Positions 1-10,115 of a DNA stretch of 41,498 nt are shown piece after piece. This DNA comes from Nitrososphaerales archaeon (lineage in GTDB: Archaea > Thermoproteota > Nitrososphaeria_A > Caldarchaeales > Wolframiiraptoraceae): positions 1-41,498 of the forward strand of contig JAGDWP010000056.1 of NCBI GenBank assembly GCA_023269855.1, read 5' to 3'. Within the stretch, counting starts at the first letter, position 1, and each line of letters starts with the position of its first letter. The notes below the pieces were generated by a model. That model searched no databases. It was not told the DNA's origin and worked only from the letters and a program-made list of their open reading frames with translations. The position numbers were made by a program, and so were the translations under genes.

Positions 1-63
1 AAGCCCTCAACATCCCCCACATTTTTCTATCATGCTCACGTAGATAATATATATAAATAGATT

Positions 64-154
64 CGGGCCCGGGGGGACTTGAACCCCCGTCCTCCGGCTT
101 TCTCCGTGACCTCCACCGCAGGCCGGCGCCATATCCATTCTAGGCCACGGGCCC
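64..154 (-). tRNA. tRNA-Arg (anticodon GCG) with a 16-nt intron at the canonical 37/38 position; CCA not encoded
   Basis: The reverse complement folds by hand as GGGCCCG-UG-GCCU..GGC-G-CCGGC-CUGCGG[UGGAGGUCACGGAGAA]A-GCCGG-AGGAC-GGGGG-UUCAAGU-CCCCC-CGGGCCC-G. The acceptor, anticodon and T stems are entirely G:C. The intron occupies + strand 100-115. Confidence 0.9.
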
Positions 155-354
155 TTTAGATATCTACCCACTCAATCAATTATCTTTACGGTTATTGGTT
201 CTCTGTTAATGATTTTCTAATTAGACTATTTAAGCAATGTTCTGGCCAATCAAGCCTTCTGGACTCATCTTATCTTTCTTTTTCCATTAGATCTCTAAGA
301 GGTTTATTTTCTCAATGTTTATATGATAGGATCCCAATTTTTTAGAAGGGTTTT

Positions 355-1086
355 GTGGGTTATCTTCTTGAAGAAAGAAGCCCCGTAAAATTGTGGAGGT
401 ACGCTGGAGAAAGACATAGCAGATTGGTTATAGCGCTTGATTTCGTTGATGGGCAGGCTGTAGATGAGGATTCAGAAAAGCTGTTGAAAAAATGTTTCAG
501 ATTACTGGATTCTTTGAGAGAATACATTGTAGGCGTAAAGATAGGGTTCCCACTACTTTTATCGATTGGTACTGACGGAGTAAGAGAATTGACCGATGTA
601 TTCAGGAAGGAGCTATACTTCTTATCGGATTTCAAGATAGGCGATATTCCAGAAGTAGTCAATTACACTTTAAAACTACTAGAAGACCTAGGCTTCGATG
701 GTGCAACTATACACTTATTCCAAGGAGGCCTACACAGGATATCTGTAGAATCATTAGACTTGTTTGGAGTATTATTGATGAGTCATCCTGAAGCACTATT
801 ATTTGAAAGAAATCTTGATGAATTGATTAATCAATCATCAATGCCTTCGGTTGACGGAGTAGTGGTTGGAGCAACCAGAAAAGAGTATCTCCAAGAAGTG
901 AGAAGAAGATTGCCTAAGAAGACTATTTTATGTCCAGGCATAATAGCTCAAGGAGCTGAACCTGGACAGGCTCTAAGGTTTGGAGGAGATTTTGAAATAG
1001 TTGGAAGAGCAATTACGATGTCTCCTGACCCCGTCTCATCTATTAAGATGATCCTTGAGGCTGAGAGAAATGTACTCGAAAAATAG
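355..1086 (+). CDS. pyrF: Orotidine 5'-phosphate decarboxylase
   Basis: GTG start. OMP decarboxylase motifs are present: 'LVIALDF', 'VKIGFPL', 'DFKIGDIP', 'PGIIAQG', 'IVGRAIT'. It is first in a pyr gene run. Confidence 0.9.
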   Translation: MGYLLEERSPVKLWRYAGERHSRLVIALDFVDGQAVDEDSEKLLKKCFRLLDSLREYIVGVKIGFPLLLSIGTDGVRELTDVFRKELYFLSDFKIGDIPEVVNYTLKLLEDLGFDGATIHLFQGGLHRISVESLDLFGVLLMSHPEALLFERNLDELINQSSMPSVDGVVVGATRKEYLQEVRRRLPKKTILCPGIIAQGAEPGQALRFGGDFEIVGRAITMSPDPVSSIKMILEAERNVLEK

Positions 1087-1645
1087 ACTAGCAGAGATTC
1101 TGATATCCACTAATTGTGTAAAATTTGGAGAATTTATTCTCAGTTCAGGAGCTAAGAGCAACGTATACGTCGACATGAGGAAGATAATTTCCCACCCAGC
1201 CGAATTCACAGAGCTAATCCATATCTCTACAAGAGTGATAAATAATTTGAAGTCTGATGTATTGGTAGGAGTAGAATCTGGTGGAATACCGTTTGCTACT
1301 GCTCTAGCGATAGAGTTGAAGAAGCCGTTAATTTACGTTAGGAAAGAATCTAAGACTCATGGGTTAAGAAAGCTTATTGAAGGCGAATATAGAGAGGGCG
1401 ACATAGCATTAGTGATAGACGATGTATCTACAACTGGGAACTCTATCGCGAGAGCCGTTGAAGCTTTAAGATCAAGCGGGATCGTAGTCTCAGATGCGTT
1501 CGTAATCGTTGATAGAGAAGAAGGAGCACTAGAGAAATTAGAGCAAATGAATGTTAAATTGCATTCATTGATAACTCTTAGAGAAGTTCTATCTCACATG
1601 TCTAGGCCAGCTTCAATGACTTATGCTGGGGAGATCGGAGAATAA
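1055..1645 (+). CDS. pyrE: Orotate phosphoribosyltransferase
   Basis: Contains 'FGEFILSSGAKSNVYVD' and the PRPP loop 'LVIDDVSTTGNS'. The true start may be the ATG at 1070 (MYSKN...). It overlaps the pyrF 3' end. Confidence 0.9.
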   Translation: MRLREMYSKNRLAEILISTNCVKFGEFILSSGAKSNVYVDMRKIISHPAEFTELIHISTRVINNLKSDVLVGVESGGIPFATALAIELKKPLIYVRKESKTHGLRKLIEGEYREGDIALVIDDVSTTGNSIARAVEALRSSGIVVSDAFVIVDREEGALEKLEQMNVKLHSLITLREVLSHMSRPASMTYAGEIGE

Positions 1646-2506
1646 ATGAATATTCATGATAATCTGCTTGGTAGGGAATGGGTGGATAGACAACATTTTG
1701 ATTGTTTTTCTTCAAAATACGTGATTGGAGAAGTGTATGAGATACGTCAATTAACTCAAACCATAAGGGAGTATAATGCTAGGCTAAAAGAGGACATGGA
1801 ACCTGTGCCTGGACAATTTGCGATGCTGTGGATACCTAGGGTAGGTGAAATACCTTTGAGTTTCGCAGACTATTCCAAACAGACTGCAAGACTTATCATA
1901 AGCAGAGTGGGAAGGGTTACATCCTATATACATGAAAACATTAGCAAAGGCTCAAAGATATTGTTGAGGGGGCCGCTAGGAAGAGGTTTCACAATTCATT
2001 CTAAAAGAAGCTGCCTATTAATTGGGGGAGGATACGGTCTTGCACCACTCTACTACCTAGCTAAAATACTGAAAGAGAATAATTGTAGGTTAAAGACATT
2101 ACTAGGCTTTAAACACTCAGAGGATGTATTCTATGTTAATGAGTTCGGACAAGTATCAGAAGTACATGTTTCTACAGAGGATGGAGGGAAAGGATTTAAG
2201 GGAACAGTAATCGATATGCTTGAGAAGATTTTCAAAGAAGAAGAATCATTCGATGTAGTTTACGCATGTGGTAGAGAAGAAATGTTAATGAGAGTTGTTC
2301 AAGAATGTGTGAAAAGAAATATCGATGTTGAGATCTCTCTCGAGAGACAGATTAAATGTGGTCTCGGAATTTGTGGTTCATGCTCGATTGAGCCACTGGG
2401 CTTAAGAGTTTGTAGAGATGGACCAGTATTCAAAGGAGACATCCTATTACAGATAAAAGAATCTGAAATAGAAAGCGATGGAGAAAAGATATGTCTAAGA
2501 CATTGA
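1646..2506 (+). CDS. pyrK: Dihydroorotate dehydrogenase (class 1B) electron-transfer subunit
   Basis: Ferredoxin-reductase-like 'PGQFAML', 'GGGYGLAPL', and a C-terminal 2Fe-2S cysteine cluster 'CGLGICGSCS...CRDGP'. The ATG directly follows the pyrE stop. Confidence 0.9.
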   Translation: MNIHDNLLGREWVDRQHFDCFSSKYVIGEVYEIRQLTQTIREYNARLKEDMEPVPGQFAMLWIPRVGEIPLSFADYSKQTARLIISRVGRVTSYIHENISKGSKILLRGPLGRGFTIHSKRSCLLIGGGYGLAPLYYLAKILKENNCRLKTLLGFKHSEDVFYVNEFGQVSEVHVSTEDGGKGFKGTVIDMLEKIFKEEESFDVVYACGREEMLMRVVQECVKRNIDVEISLERQIKCGLGICGSCSIEPLGLRVCRDGPVFKGDILLQIKESEIESDGEKICLRH

Positions 2507-3465
2507 ATAACTTTAGTTCCATTAGAGAGAAGGTTAGCCATGGGAAGATAACGGTAGATCTGACAACCTCTATTTCGAAGTTATCTCTTAGGAATCCAAC
2601 AGTATTAGCTTCTGGGATACTCGGATCGTCATATAGTTTATTAAAGCGTGTTGAAGATGCTGGAGCGGGAGCTCTGACTACAAAGACTATAACTAGGGAT
2701 CCACGTGAAGGTTATGTTAACCCTGTCTTCGTAGACCTTGGCTATGGTTACTTAAACGCTATAGGGTTAAGAAATCCGGGAGCAGAAGAATTCAGTAAAG
2801 AATTATCTAGAGCGACGAAGAATATTCAGATACCGATAATAACTAGTATTGGTGGGAGTAAGTTTGAAGAATTCATTTTTGTAGCTGAGAAAATGCTTGA
2901 AGCAGGTTGTGATGCATTAGAACTTAATCTCTCATGCCCTCATGTTGATGGATACGGTTTAGATGTAGGCTTGGATGCAAAGCTAACATGCGAAATAATT
3001 AAACAATTGAAAAGTGTATCTTCTAAACCTATATTTGCCAAGATCTCATTACACCAATCTCAGAAAAATCTTCTAGAGAAATATATCAATGCAGGTCTCG
3101 ACGGCATAACAGCCATAAATGCTTTGAAAGGTCTAGCAATCAGTATCGAAGCACTATCACCCATACTCTCAAACGTTATAGGAGGACTTTCAGGACCATG
3201 TATAAAACCTGTAGCCCTTGCAATTGTATATGAAATACATAGAGAGTTCCCAGACATTCCTATTATAGGAGTTGGGGGAATACAGTCTCCTGAAGATGCT
3301 ATTGAGATGATCTTGGTTGGGGCTTCAGCAGTCGGCATAGGCTCAGCTATAGTTAGGAAAGACTTAAAGATATTCATGGAGATAATAGATGGCATAGAGA
3401 GATTCCTCTTAGATAATGGATTCAAATCCGTGAAAGAACTCATAGGTTACATAAATAGAAGATGA
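2491..3465 (+). CDS. pyrD: Dihydroorotate dehydrogenase catalytic subunit (class 1B)
   Basis: Contains 'NPVFVDLGYGYLNAIGLRNPG', 'ELNLSCPH', 'GLSGPCIKPVAL', 'IGVGGI'. It overlaps pyrK by 16 nt. Confidence 0.92.
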   Translation: MSKTLNNFSSIREKVSHGKITVDLTTSISKLSLRNPTVLASGILGSSYSLLKRVEDAGAGALTTKTITRDPREGYVNPVFVDLGYGYLNAIGLRNPGAEEFSKELSRATKNIQIPIITSIGGSKFEEFIFVAEKMLEAGCDALELNLSCPHVDGYGLDVGLDAKLTCEIIKQLKSVSSKPIFAKISLHQSQKNLLEKYINAGLDGITAINALKGLAISIEALSPILSNVIGGLSGPCIKPVALAIVYEIHREFPDIPIIGVGGIQSPEDAIEMILVGASAVGIGSAIVRKDLKIFMEIIDGIERFLLDNGFKSVKELIGYINRR

Positions 3466-3555
3466 CAGTGATAAGATTACATGCTGAAAGTTCTCGAGAT
3501 CTCAGTGTATTTTAGAGAGAAAGGTTAATAGTTTAAAGGAAGGCTTTGTTAATCG

Positions 3556-4695
3556 ATGATTAGTAAAGATGAGATAAAGAGTATCCTAGAGAGATATTCT
3601 AAAGAAAGGATAACGATAGGCGTCGTGGGAACTCATTCAGCTTTAGAAATATGTAGTGGAGCGAAAAATGAAGGTTTCAAAACAGTCGCATTATGCCAGA
3701 AGGGTAGAGAGAAAGTTTATTCAAAGTATTTTATCTCTAGGGAAAGATTCGGAAAGAAAATTGGAGTAGTCGATGAAGTAGTAATCCTAGACAGATTCCG
3801 AGACATAGTTAAAGAAGATATTCAGGACAAACTTAGAATGATGAACACTATTCTTATCCCCCATAGGGGATTGTCAGTATATGTTGGATACAACGTGCTG
3901 GAAAACTTTCTAAAAATACCTATATTCGGAAATAGATACTTACTCAAAATCGAGGAGAGAGGAACAAGTTTCAATCAATACAAGCTATTAGAGAAGGCTG
4001 GAATACCCTACCCTAAGATATACAGTAGCCCTCAAGAAATTGATAGACCAGTGATCGTGAAGGTGTCAGAAGCTGTTAGAGAATATGAGAGAGCTTTCTT
4101 CATAGTTTCTTCAACTAGAGAATTTGAAGAAAAATCGAGAGAACTGATAGAGAAGAAGCTAGTAACTAAGGAGGCTCTTGAGAAAGCAACCATCGAGGAG
4201 TTAGTAGTGGGTGCATACTTTAATTTTAATTTCTTCTATTCTCCGCTTGATGGTGAAGTTGAGCTACTAGGAATAGATATGAGGAGGCAGACAAACATCG
4301 ACGGTTTAGTAAGGCTGCCAGTCCCCCACCAACTCGAAGCATTAAAATATATTGAGTTGAGAAATATTGAAGTCGGACATATAGCTTGTACGATTAGAGA
4401 ATCATTACTTGAGAGAGCCTTTGAATTAGCGGAGAAGTTTGTTAAAGTTACTCAAGAAACATATCCACCTGGAGTTATAGGGCCTTTCGCTCTCCAAAGT
4501 ATAGTGGTTCCAGGACCGCCGCATGAAGAACTAATAGTGTATGATGTTAGTGTAAGAGTTCCAGGCTCACCAGGAATAAAATTTACACCTTATTCAGAAA
4601 ATCTTTGGGGTTACTCAATGAGTGTTGGTAGAAGGATTGCTTTTGAGATTAAAGAAGCTTTGAGAGAAGATAGATTAGAAGAGGTTTTAACATGA
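3556..4695 (+). CDS. purP: 5-formaminoimidazole-4-carboxamide ribonucleotide (FAICAR) synthetase, ATP-grasp, archaeal type
   Basis: The N-terminus 'ILERYSKERITIGVVGTHSALEI' and 'IPHRGLSVYVGY...IPIFGNR', 'GIDMRRQTNIDG' are typical of archaeal PurP. Confidence 0.85.
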   Translation: MISKDEIKSILERYSKERITIGVVGTHSALEICSGAKNEGFKTVALCQKGREKVYSKYFISRERFGKKIGVVDEVVILDRFRDIVKEDIQDKLRMMNTILIPHRGLSVYVGYNVLENFLKIPIFGNRYLLKIEERGTSFNQYKLLEKAGIPYPKIYSSPQEIDRPVIVKVSEAVREYERAFFIVSSTREFEEKSRELIEKKLVTKEALEKATIEELVVGAYFNFNFFYSPLDGEVELLGIDMRRQTNIDGLVRLPVPHQLEALKYIELRNIEVGHIACTIRESLLERAFELAEKFVKVTQETYPPGVIGPFALQSIVVPGPPHEELIVYDVSVRVPGSPGIKFTPYSENLWGYSMSVGRRIAFEIKEALREDRLEEVLT

Positions 4696-5792
4696 TTCCG
4701 AGAAGTCAAATATTAGATATTCTTAGACATTATAATGAATCAGATATTAAGATAGGTACAATATGTTCCCATACAGCTCTCCAAATATTCCATGGAGCGA
4801 GAAGAGAAGGAATCCCCTCAGTTGGAATAATCCTGCCTGAGAATAAACCATACTATGAGAGCTTCAATAAAGCTTTACCAGAAACATTCATTGAAGTTGA
4901 AAACTACAAAGAAATACTTAACGAAAACATTCAGAAGAAATTAATATCTGAAAACGTATTAATTATCCCCCATGGATCCTTTGTAGAATATGTTGGTGCG
5001 GAGAACATTCTTGAGAAATTTAGAGTTCCAATGTTCGGAAATAGATTAACATTGTTCTGGGAAGGTGATAGGAGAAGACAGAGAAGATGGCTTGATGAAG
5101 CTGGAGTGAGTGCGCCCAAGATTTATGAGAGACCCGAAGATATTGACAAGCTCGTAATCGTTAAACTACATGGTGCGAAGGGAGGTAAAGGATACTTTAA
5201 AGCATCAAACCCCAGAGAATTCTATGAAAAATTCGATCAGCTAAGAATAAATAATGTAATAAGCGAAATCAATGAAGTATTCATAGAAGAGTACATAGCT
5301 GGAGTAAGATATTATCCACACTTCTTTCTCAGCCTCCTTGAAAAAAAGAATATTCCAGACTTGGAAGAGGGAAGACTAGAATTACTGGGAATCGATCGGA
5401 GGCTCGAAGTCATAGATGAAGTTTACCGAGGTTTACCAATGATTATTGAAGAATATATTGATTATACAGTAACGGGAAATACTCCCGCAGTTGTTAGAGA
5501 GAAATATATTCTAGAGCTATTAAAGATTGCTGGAAGGATTGCTTCATCTGCTAGGAAGCTTTTTTACCCTGGATTGATTGGGCCATTCTGCCTTGAGACT
5601 ATATACAATCCAAAGAGGGGTTTCACCGTATTCGAGGTCTCAGCTCGAATAGTAGCTGGAACAAACCTGTACCCTGATGGTTCCCCATACTCAACGTTCT
5701 ACTTTGATGAACCCATGTCCATGGGTAGGAGAATAGCAAGAGAAATCAAGAACGCAGTCAAATTAAACTCTCTCAGCAAGATAGTATACTAG
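4692..5792 (+). CDS. purP: PurP paralogue (FAICAR synthetase family, ATP-grasp)
   Basis: It has the same architecture as the upstream gene ('ILRHYNESDIKIGTICSHTALQI', 'IPHGSFVEYVG...VPMFGNR', 'GIDRRLEV'). There is a 4-nt ATGA overlap with the first copy. Confidence 0.8.
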   Translation: MIPRSQILDILRHYNESDIKIGTICSHTALQIFHGARREGIPSVGIILPENKPYYESFNKALPETFIEVENYKEILNENIQKKLISENVLIIPHGSFVEYVGAENILEKFRVPMFGNRLTLFWEGDRRRQRRWLDEAGVSAPKIYERPEDIDKLVIVKLHGAKGGKGYFKASNPREFYEKFDQLRINNVISEINEVFIEEYIAGVRYYPHFFLSLLEKKNIPDLEEGRLELLGIDRRLEVIDEVYRGLPMIIEEYIDYTVTGNTPAVVREKYILELLKIAGRIASSARKLFYPGLIGPFCLETIYNPKRGFTVFEVSARIVAGTNLYPDGSPYSTFYFDEPMSMGRRIAREIKNAVKLNSLSKIVY

Positions 5793-5915
5793 GACTCATT
5801 CAATATCTATCGTTAAACAGAGTATACTCTCAAGTTTTTTCAAATATGTAATTTTCTCTCATATATTGAGGGTAAAAGATATATCCTGGTTTTTGATGTT
5901 TGTGAGAGGGATTTC

Positions 5916-7373
5916 GTGGTTAAAGTATTGGAAGATGTAGGTTTATCTTTTGATGATGTCCTGCTGCTACCTCGGAAGTCTTCTATAGTTTCTAGAAGAG
6001 AGATAGATACGAAAACTGAGTTTACTCAGAGAATTACTATAAACATACCTATAGTCTCTGCTGCGATGGACACCGTTACTGAGGCTACTATGGCCATAAC
6101 GATGGCTAGGGAAGGCGGAATAGGCGTTATACATCGATTCATACCTCCAGAGAAACAGGCTGAAGAAGTAGCTAAAGTGAAAAGAGCAGATAACGTAATC
6201 ATTGAAAAACCTTCTACGATACATCCGGATAGAACAGTTGCAGAAGCAAGGGAATTAATGAAGAATCTTGGAATAAGCGGTTTACTTGTAGTGGATTCTG
6301 AGAACAGACTGCTCGGAATACTTACACGGAGAGATATACTGTTTGAAGATAACTCTACCCGTGTAAGCGACTGTATGACACCCCGTAGAGATATGATAGT
6401 TGCTGAATCAAGCATATCTCTAGAGGAAGCAAGAAGCATATTCAAGAAACATAAAATTGAGAAACTTCCAATAGTAGACAAGGATAATAAAGTCAAAGGG
6501 TTAATCACTTGTGTTGACTTACTGAAGAGAGAAGCTTATCCTAATGCCTCAAGGGATTCAAAGGGTAGGCTAATGGTTGCGGCTGCTATAGGTGTGAAAG
6601 AGAAAGAAATAGATCGTGCAAAGCTTCTCATCGAAGCGGAAGCAGATGCAATAGTGATAGATGTAGCTCATGGTCATTCAAGTATGTGTATTGAAACCAT
6701 AAAAAAACTGAGGAGAATTTATGGAGATGAACTCCAGATAGTTGCAGGTAATGTTGCAACAGCTGAAGGTGTTGAAGATCTAGCCTCAGTAGGAGCGAAC
6801 GCTGTAAAAGTCGGTGTAGGTCCAGGATCCGTATGCACTACTAGGATAGTGGCAGGAGTAGGAATGCCACAGCTTTCAGCAATTCTTGAATGTGCTGAGG
6901 CAGCTGAGAAGATGGATGTACCGATCATAGCGGATGGAGGGATACGTGAAAGCGGAGATATCGTTAAAGCATTAGCAGCAGGTGCCTCAACAGTCATGAT
7001 TGGTAGATTGCTAGCTGGAACAGATGAAAGCCCCGGCGCAGTCATCGTTAAGAATGGTAAGAGATATAAAATCTACAGGGGGATGGCCTCAATCTACGCT
7101 ATGCTCGGTAGGGAATTCAGGTCAAGGGAAGATATCGCTGAAGCCTTGATAGATTCCCCTGAATACTCATACTATGCAGAGGGTGTTGAAGCATACATTC
7201 CATATACGGGCTCAGCATCAGAGATGATTAAGAAACTGATATCTGGATTAAGGTCTGGGATGAGTTATCTAGGTGCAAGAACAATAAAAGAATTAAAACA
7301 GAATGCTAAATTCGTTAGAGTTACTTTAGCAGGGATTAAGGAGAGCATGCCTCATGATGTTGAAGTAATATAG
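5916..7373 (+). CDS. guaB: IMP dehydrogenase with CBS pair
   Basis: GTG start. Contains '[10 protein letters not shown]', '[11 protein letters not shown]', the catalytic loop '[12 protein letters not shown]', 'IADGGIR', 'GSLLAG'-like 'IGRLLAGT'. A CBS insert is visible (approx. aa 95-205). Confidence 0.95.
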   Translation: MVKVLEDVGLSFDDVLLLPRKSSIVSRREIDTKTEFTQRITINIPIVSAAMDTVTEATMAITMAREGGIGVIHRFIPPEKQAEEVAKVKRADNVIIEKPSTIHPDRTVAEARELMKNLGISGLLVVDSENRLLGILTRRDILFEDNSTRVSDCMTPRRDMIVAESSISLEEARSIFKKHKIEKLPIVDKDNKVKGLITCVDLLKREAYPNASRDSKGRLMVAAAIGVKEKEIDRAKLLIEAEADAIVIDVAHGHSSMCIETIKKLRRIYGDELQIVAGNVATAEGVEDLASVGANAVKVGVGPGSVCTTRIVAGVGMPQLSAILECAEAAEKMDVPIIADGGIRESGDIVKALAAGASTVMIGRLLAGTDESPGAVIVKNGKRYKIYRGMASIYAMLGREFRSREDIAEALIDSPEYSYYAEGVEAYIPYTGSASEMIKKLISGLRSGMSYLGARTIKELKQNAKFVRVTLAGIKESMPHDVEVI

Positions 7374-8632
7374 TGATCAAAAGTATGCCTGGCATAGCCA
7401 TAATCGGGTTACAGTGGGGAGATGAAGGAAAAGGAAAGATATCGTATCTGTTGTCAAAGAATGCGAAATACGTGGTAAGATTTCAGGGAGGAGCAAACGC
7501 GGGTCACACAGTAGTCATAGATGATAGTGAGCTGAGATTCAATATGCTTCCAGCTGGTTCAGCTTCAGGTGCTACTCCATGTATTGCATCTGGAACTGTG
7601 GTAGACTTAAACGAAGTAGTAGAGGAAATAGAATTATTGAAGAGTATAGGAATAAGAGTTCAACCGCTCATAAGTAAGAATGCAAACATAGTCTTACCGA
7701 TACATAAACAGTTGGATGAGATTCTCGAGAAGATGAGGAGTAGAGAGGCCATAGGTACTACGAGGAGAGGCATTGGACCAGCATACTCTGATAAAGCTTT
7801 ACGAATCGGTATAAGAATAGAGGAGCTCCTCCACCATGCATCGTTGATAAATAAAATAGAACTGCTTCAGAACTTTCACAAACTATCATTAGAAAACATG
7901 GATGAATTAATTAAATTAGCTGAAAAGCTTAGGGAAAGCATATGTGATCTTGAAATTATTTTGAATGATGAGTTAGATAATGGAGTAAAGATCGTTTTTG
8001 AAGGTGCTCAAGGGACATTACTTGACATTGATCAAGGAACATATCCATATGTTACATCATCTAACACGACTATTGGAGCAGTATTTACAAGCTGTGGGAT
8101 AGGACCTAGAAGAATCTCAGATATCGTAGGGGTGATGAAAGCTTACACTACAAGAGTAGGAGCAGGAGTATTTCCAACAGAGTTAAAGAGAGATGAAGCA
8201 GATATGTTGAGGGAGAGAGGAAGAGAATATGGAACGACTACTGGAAGACCCAGAAGAGTAGGATGGCTAGATATCCCCCTACTACGATACAGTATAATGG
8301 TGAACGATATAGACTGGATTGCGTTAACTAAACTTGATGTCCTAAGCGGCTTCAGGAAGATAAAGATATGTACTGAATATGAGATTAATGGGAAGATTGT
8401 TAAGATAGCTCCACCAAATGTAAGAATGCTTGAGAAAGCTCAGCCCCTCTACGTAGAATTAGATGGATGGTCTAGGCTGAGTGAAGAAGAGTGGAAGAAT
8501 ATAGTAATGAAGGGATGGGATGCGTTACCGGAGAATGCTAAAGCATATGTTGAGACTGTGGAAAAGCTTCTAAACAAATCGATTAAACTGATTTCAGTAG
8601 GAGCAAAAGCTGGAATGGAGGTTACTAAGTAA
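7373..8632 (+). CDS. purA: Adenylosuccinate synthetase
   Basis: Contains 'GLQWGDEGKGK', 'GGANAGHT', 'GTTRRGIGPAY', 'GTTTGRPRR'. The GTG at 7373 overlaps the guaB stop. The ATG at 7385 is an alternative start. Confidence 0.95.
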   Translation: MIKSMPGIAIIGLQWGDEGKGKISYLLSKNAKYVVRFQGGANAGHTVVIDDSELRFNMLPAGSASGATPCIASGTVVDLNEVVEEIELLKSIGIRVQPLISKNANIVLPIHKQLDEILEKMRSREAIGTTRRGIGPAYSDKALRIGIRIEELLHHASLINKIELLQNFHKLSLENMDELIKLAEKLRESICDLEIILNDELDNGVKIVFEGAQGTLLDIDQGTYPYVTSSNTTIGAVFTSCGIGPRRISDIVGVMKAYTTRVGAGVFPTELKRDEADMLRERGREYGTTTGRPRRVGWLDIPLLRYSIMVNDIDWIALTKLDVLSGFRKIKICTEYEINGKIVKIAPPNVRMLEKAQPLYVELDGWSRLSEEEWKNIVMKGWDALPENAKAYVETVEKLLNKSIKLISVGAKAGMEVTK

Positions 8633-10029
8633 TGGACCCTCTCAAATCGATTACACCTATAGATGGAAGATATAGAGAGAAGGTCAGACTGCTAGAAGAC
8701 TATTTCTCAGAATATGCATTCATTAAAGAAAGAGTCAGAATAGAGATAGAATACCTAATCAAATTCATTGATGAGGTTGAAAACTCTAAGATAGCTAGTC
8801 TACCGTCTGATTGGAAGAATGTTTTATGTGAGGTTTATCAGAACTTCTCTATAAGAGATGCTGAGGAGGTTAAGGAGATTGAGAAAACAGTTGGTCATGA
8901 CGTATTCGCTATAGTGAGATACCTAATGGAGAAAGTAGATAAATGTGGGTTAACGGTTTTAAAACCATATCTGCATATAGGTTTAACTTCAGAAGATGTA
9001 AACAATCTTGCCTACTCCTTATTAATGAAGAAATTTAATGAGGAGGTACTGATACCCTATTTGCTTAAACTTGTAGATGAGCTATCTAGATTATCTCTTG
9101 AGAACATTAATGTGGTGATGCTTGCCAGAACACATAGTGTACCTGCTGTTCCAACAACTTTTGGGAGATTCCTAGTCAATTACGCTTATAGAGTTGCGAA
9201 GATCGTTGAAGAACTCTCTGACATAGAATTCCCCGGTAAGATCGGGGGAGCAATAGGAGACTACAATGCTTTAAAATTTGTTTACCCTGAGATTGACTGG
9301 ATATTGTTTAGTAAAATCTTTGTTGAATCCCTAGGATTGACTTATTTTCCAGCTTTCACACAGACTCTACCTCATGAGCAGTTATCAAACTATTTGATGA
9401 AGATAGCATTACTAGACTCGATACTCTCCAATCTTTGTAGAGATTTATGGATGCTTTCTCTAATTGAATACATATCCTTTCAAGCAGGTAAACATGAAGT
9501 ACATTCCTCAACTATGCCTCACAAATCTAACCCGATACTCTTAGAGAATGCTGAAGGAGCGTTTGACCTCTCTTCAGAGATCCTATCCTACATTAGTAGA
9601 AGACTACTATCCAGTAGACTCCATAGAGACTTGTCAGACTCGATAATAAAGAGATTCTATGGTCTACCATTATCCCTGACGATTCTAGGGATTCAGAATC
9701 TTACATCGTCCCTAAATAGATTGGAGATTAATAAGGAGAGAATGCTCAAAGATGTTGAAGAACATCCAGAGGTTCTATCTGAAGCATATCAAGTCTTTCT
9801 TAGAAGACATGGCTTTCCAGAAGCGTACGAAACAATTCAGAGACTTCTCAAAGAAAACCCGCAGAAGATACGTGGTGAATTAGAAAAAAGAGTTCCCTCA
9901 GAGAAACTCCGTGAAATAATTAAACTTGCTCCACATGAATATCTAGGTGAAGCAGAAAGAATAGTCAAACTCTTAATTAGAGAAATTGAAGAGATAAAGA
10001 ATAGAATACATAGTTTAAAATTGAGATAG
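8632..10029 (+). CDS. purB: Adenylosuccinate lyase
   Basis: Fumarate-lyase signature 'SSTMPHKSNP', plus 'GLTSEDV' and 'TPIDGRY' at the N-terminus. It overlaps the purA stop by 1 nt. Confidence 0.93.
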   Translation: MDPLKSITPIDGRYREKVRLLEDYFSEYAFIKERVRIEIEYLIKFIDEVENSKIASLPSDWKNVLCEVYQNFSIRDAEEVKEIEKTVGHDVFAIVRYLMEKVDKCGLTVLKPYLHIGLTSEDVNNLAYSLLMKKFNEEVLIPYLLKLVDELSRLSLENINVVMLARTHSVPAVPTTFGRFLVNYAYRVAKIVEELSDIEFPGKIGGAIGDYNALKFVYPEIDWILFSKIFVESLGLTYFPAFTQTLPHEQLSNYLMKIALLDSILSNLCRDLWMLSLIEYISFQAGKHEVHSSTMPHKSNPILLENAEGAFDLSSEILSYISRRLLSSRLHRDLSDSIIKRFYGLPLSLTILGIQNLTSSLNRLEINKERMLKDVEEHPEVLSEAYQVFLRRHGFPEAYETIQRLLKENPQKIRGELEKRVPSEKLREIIKLAPHEYLGEAERIVKLLIREIEEIKNRIHSLKLR

Positions 10030-10115
10030 TCTGTCAGCGAGGTATACATCCTTTTGTTAATTTTAGGAACTTATGTGTAGGCAAGTTTATATAAGGAGAT
10101 AAATACGAACGTACC

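Noticed and set aside
360-662. Antisense and nested ORFs throughout the six-frame track. Examples: 360-662(-), 3060-3443(-), 6026-6508(-), 6719-7045(-), 11308-11703(-), 16255-16755(-), 20891-21277(-), 22364-22708(+), 28473-28802(+), 34574-34939(+), 35120-35482(+).
   Set aside because: Each lies entirely inside, and opposite to, a gene with strong family motifs. Their translations are Ser/Ile/Leu/Pro-rich and low in complexity, as expected for shadow frames of AT-rich coding DNA. None has its own promoter-sized upstream gap.
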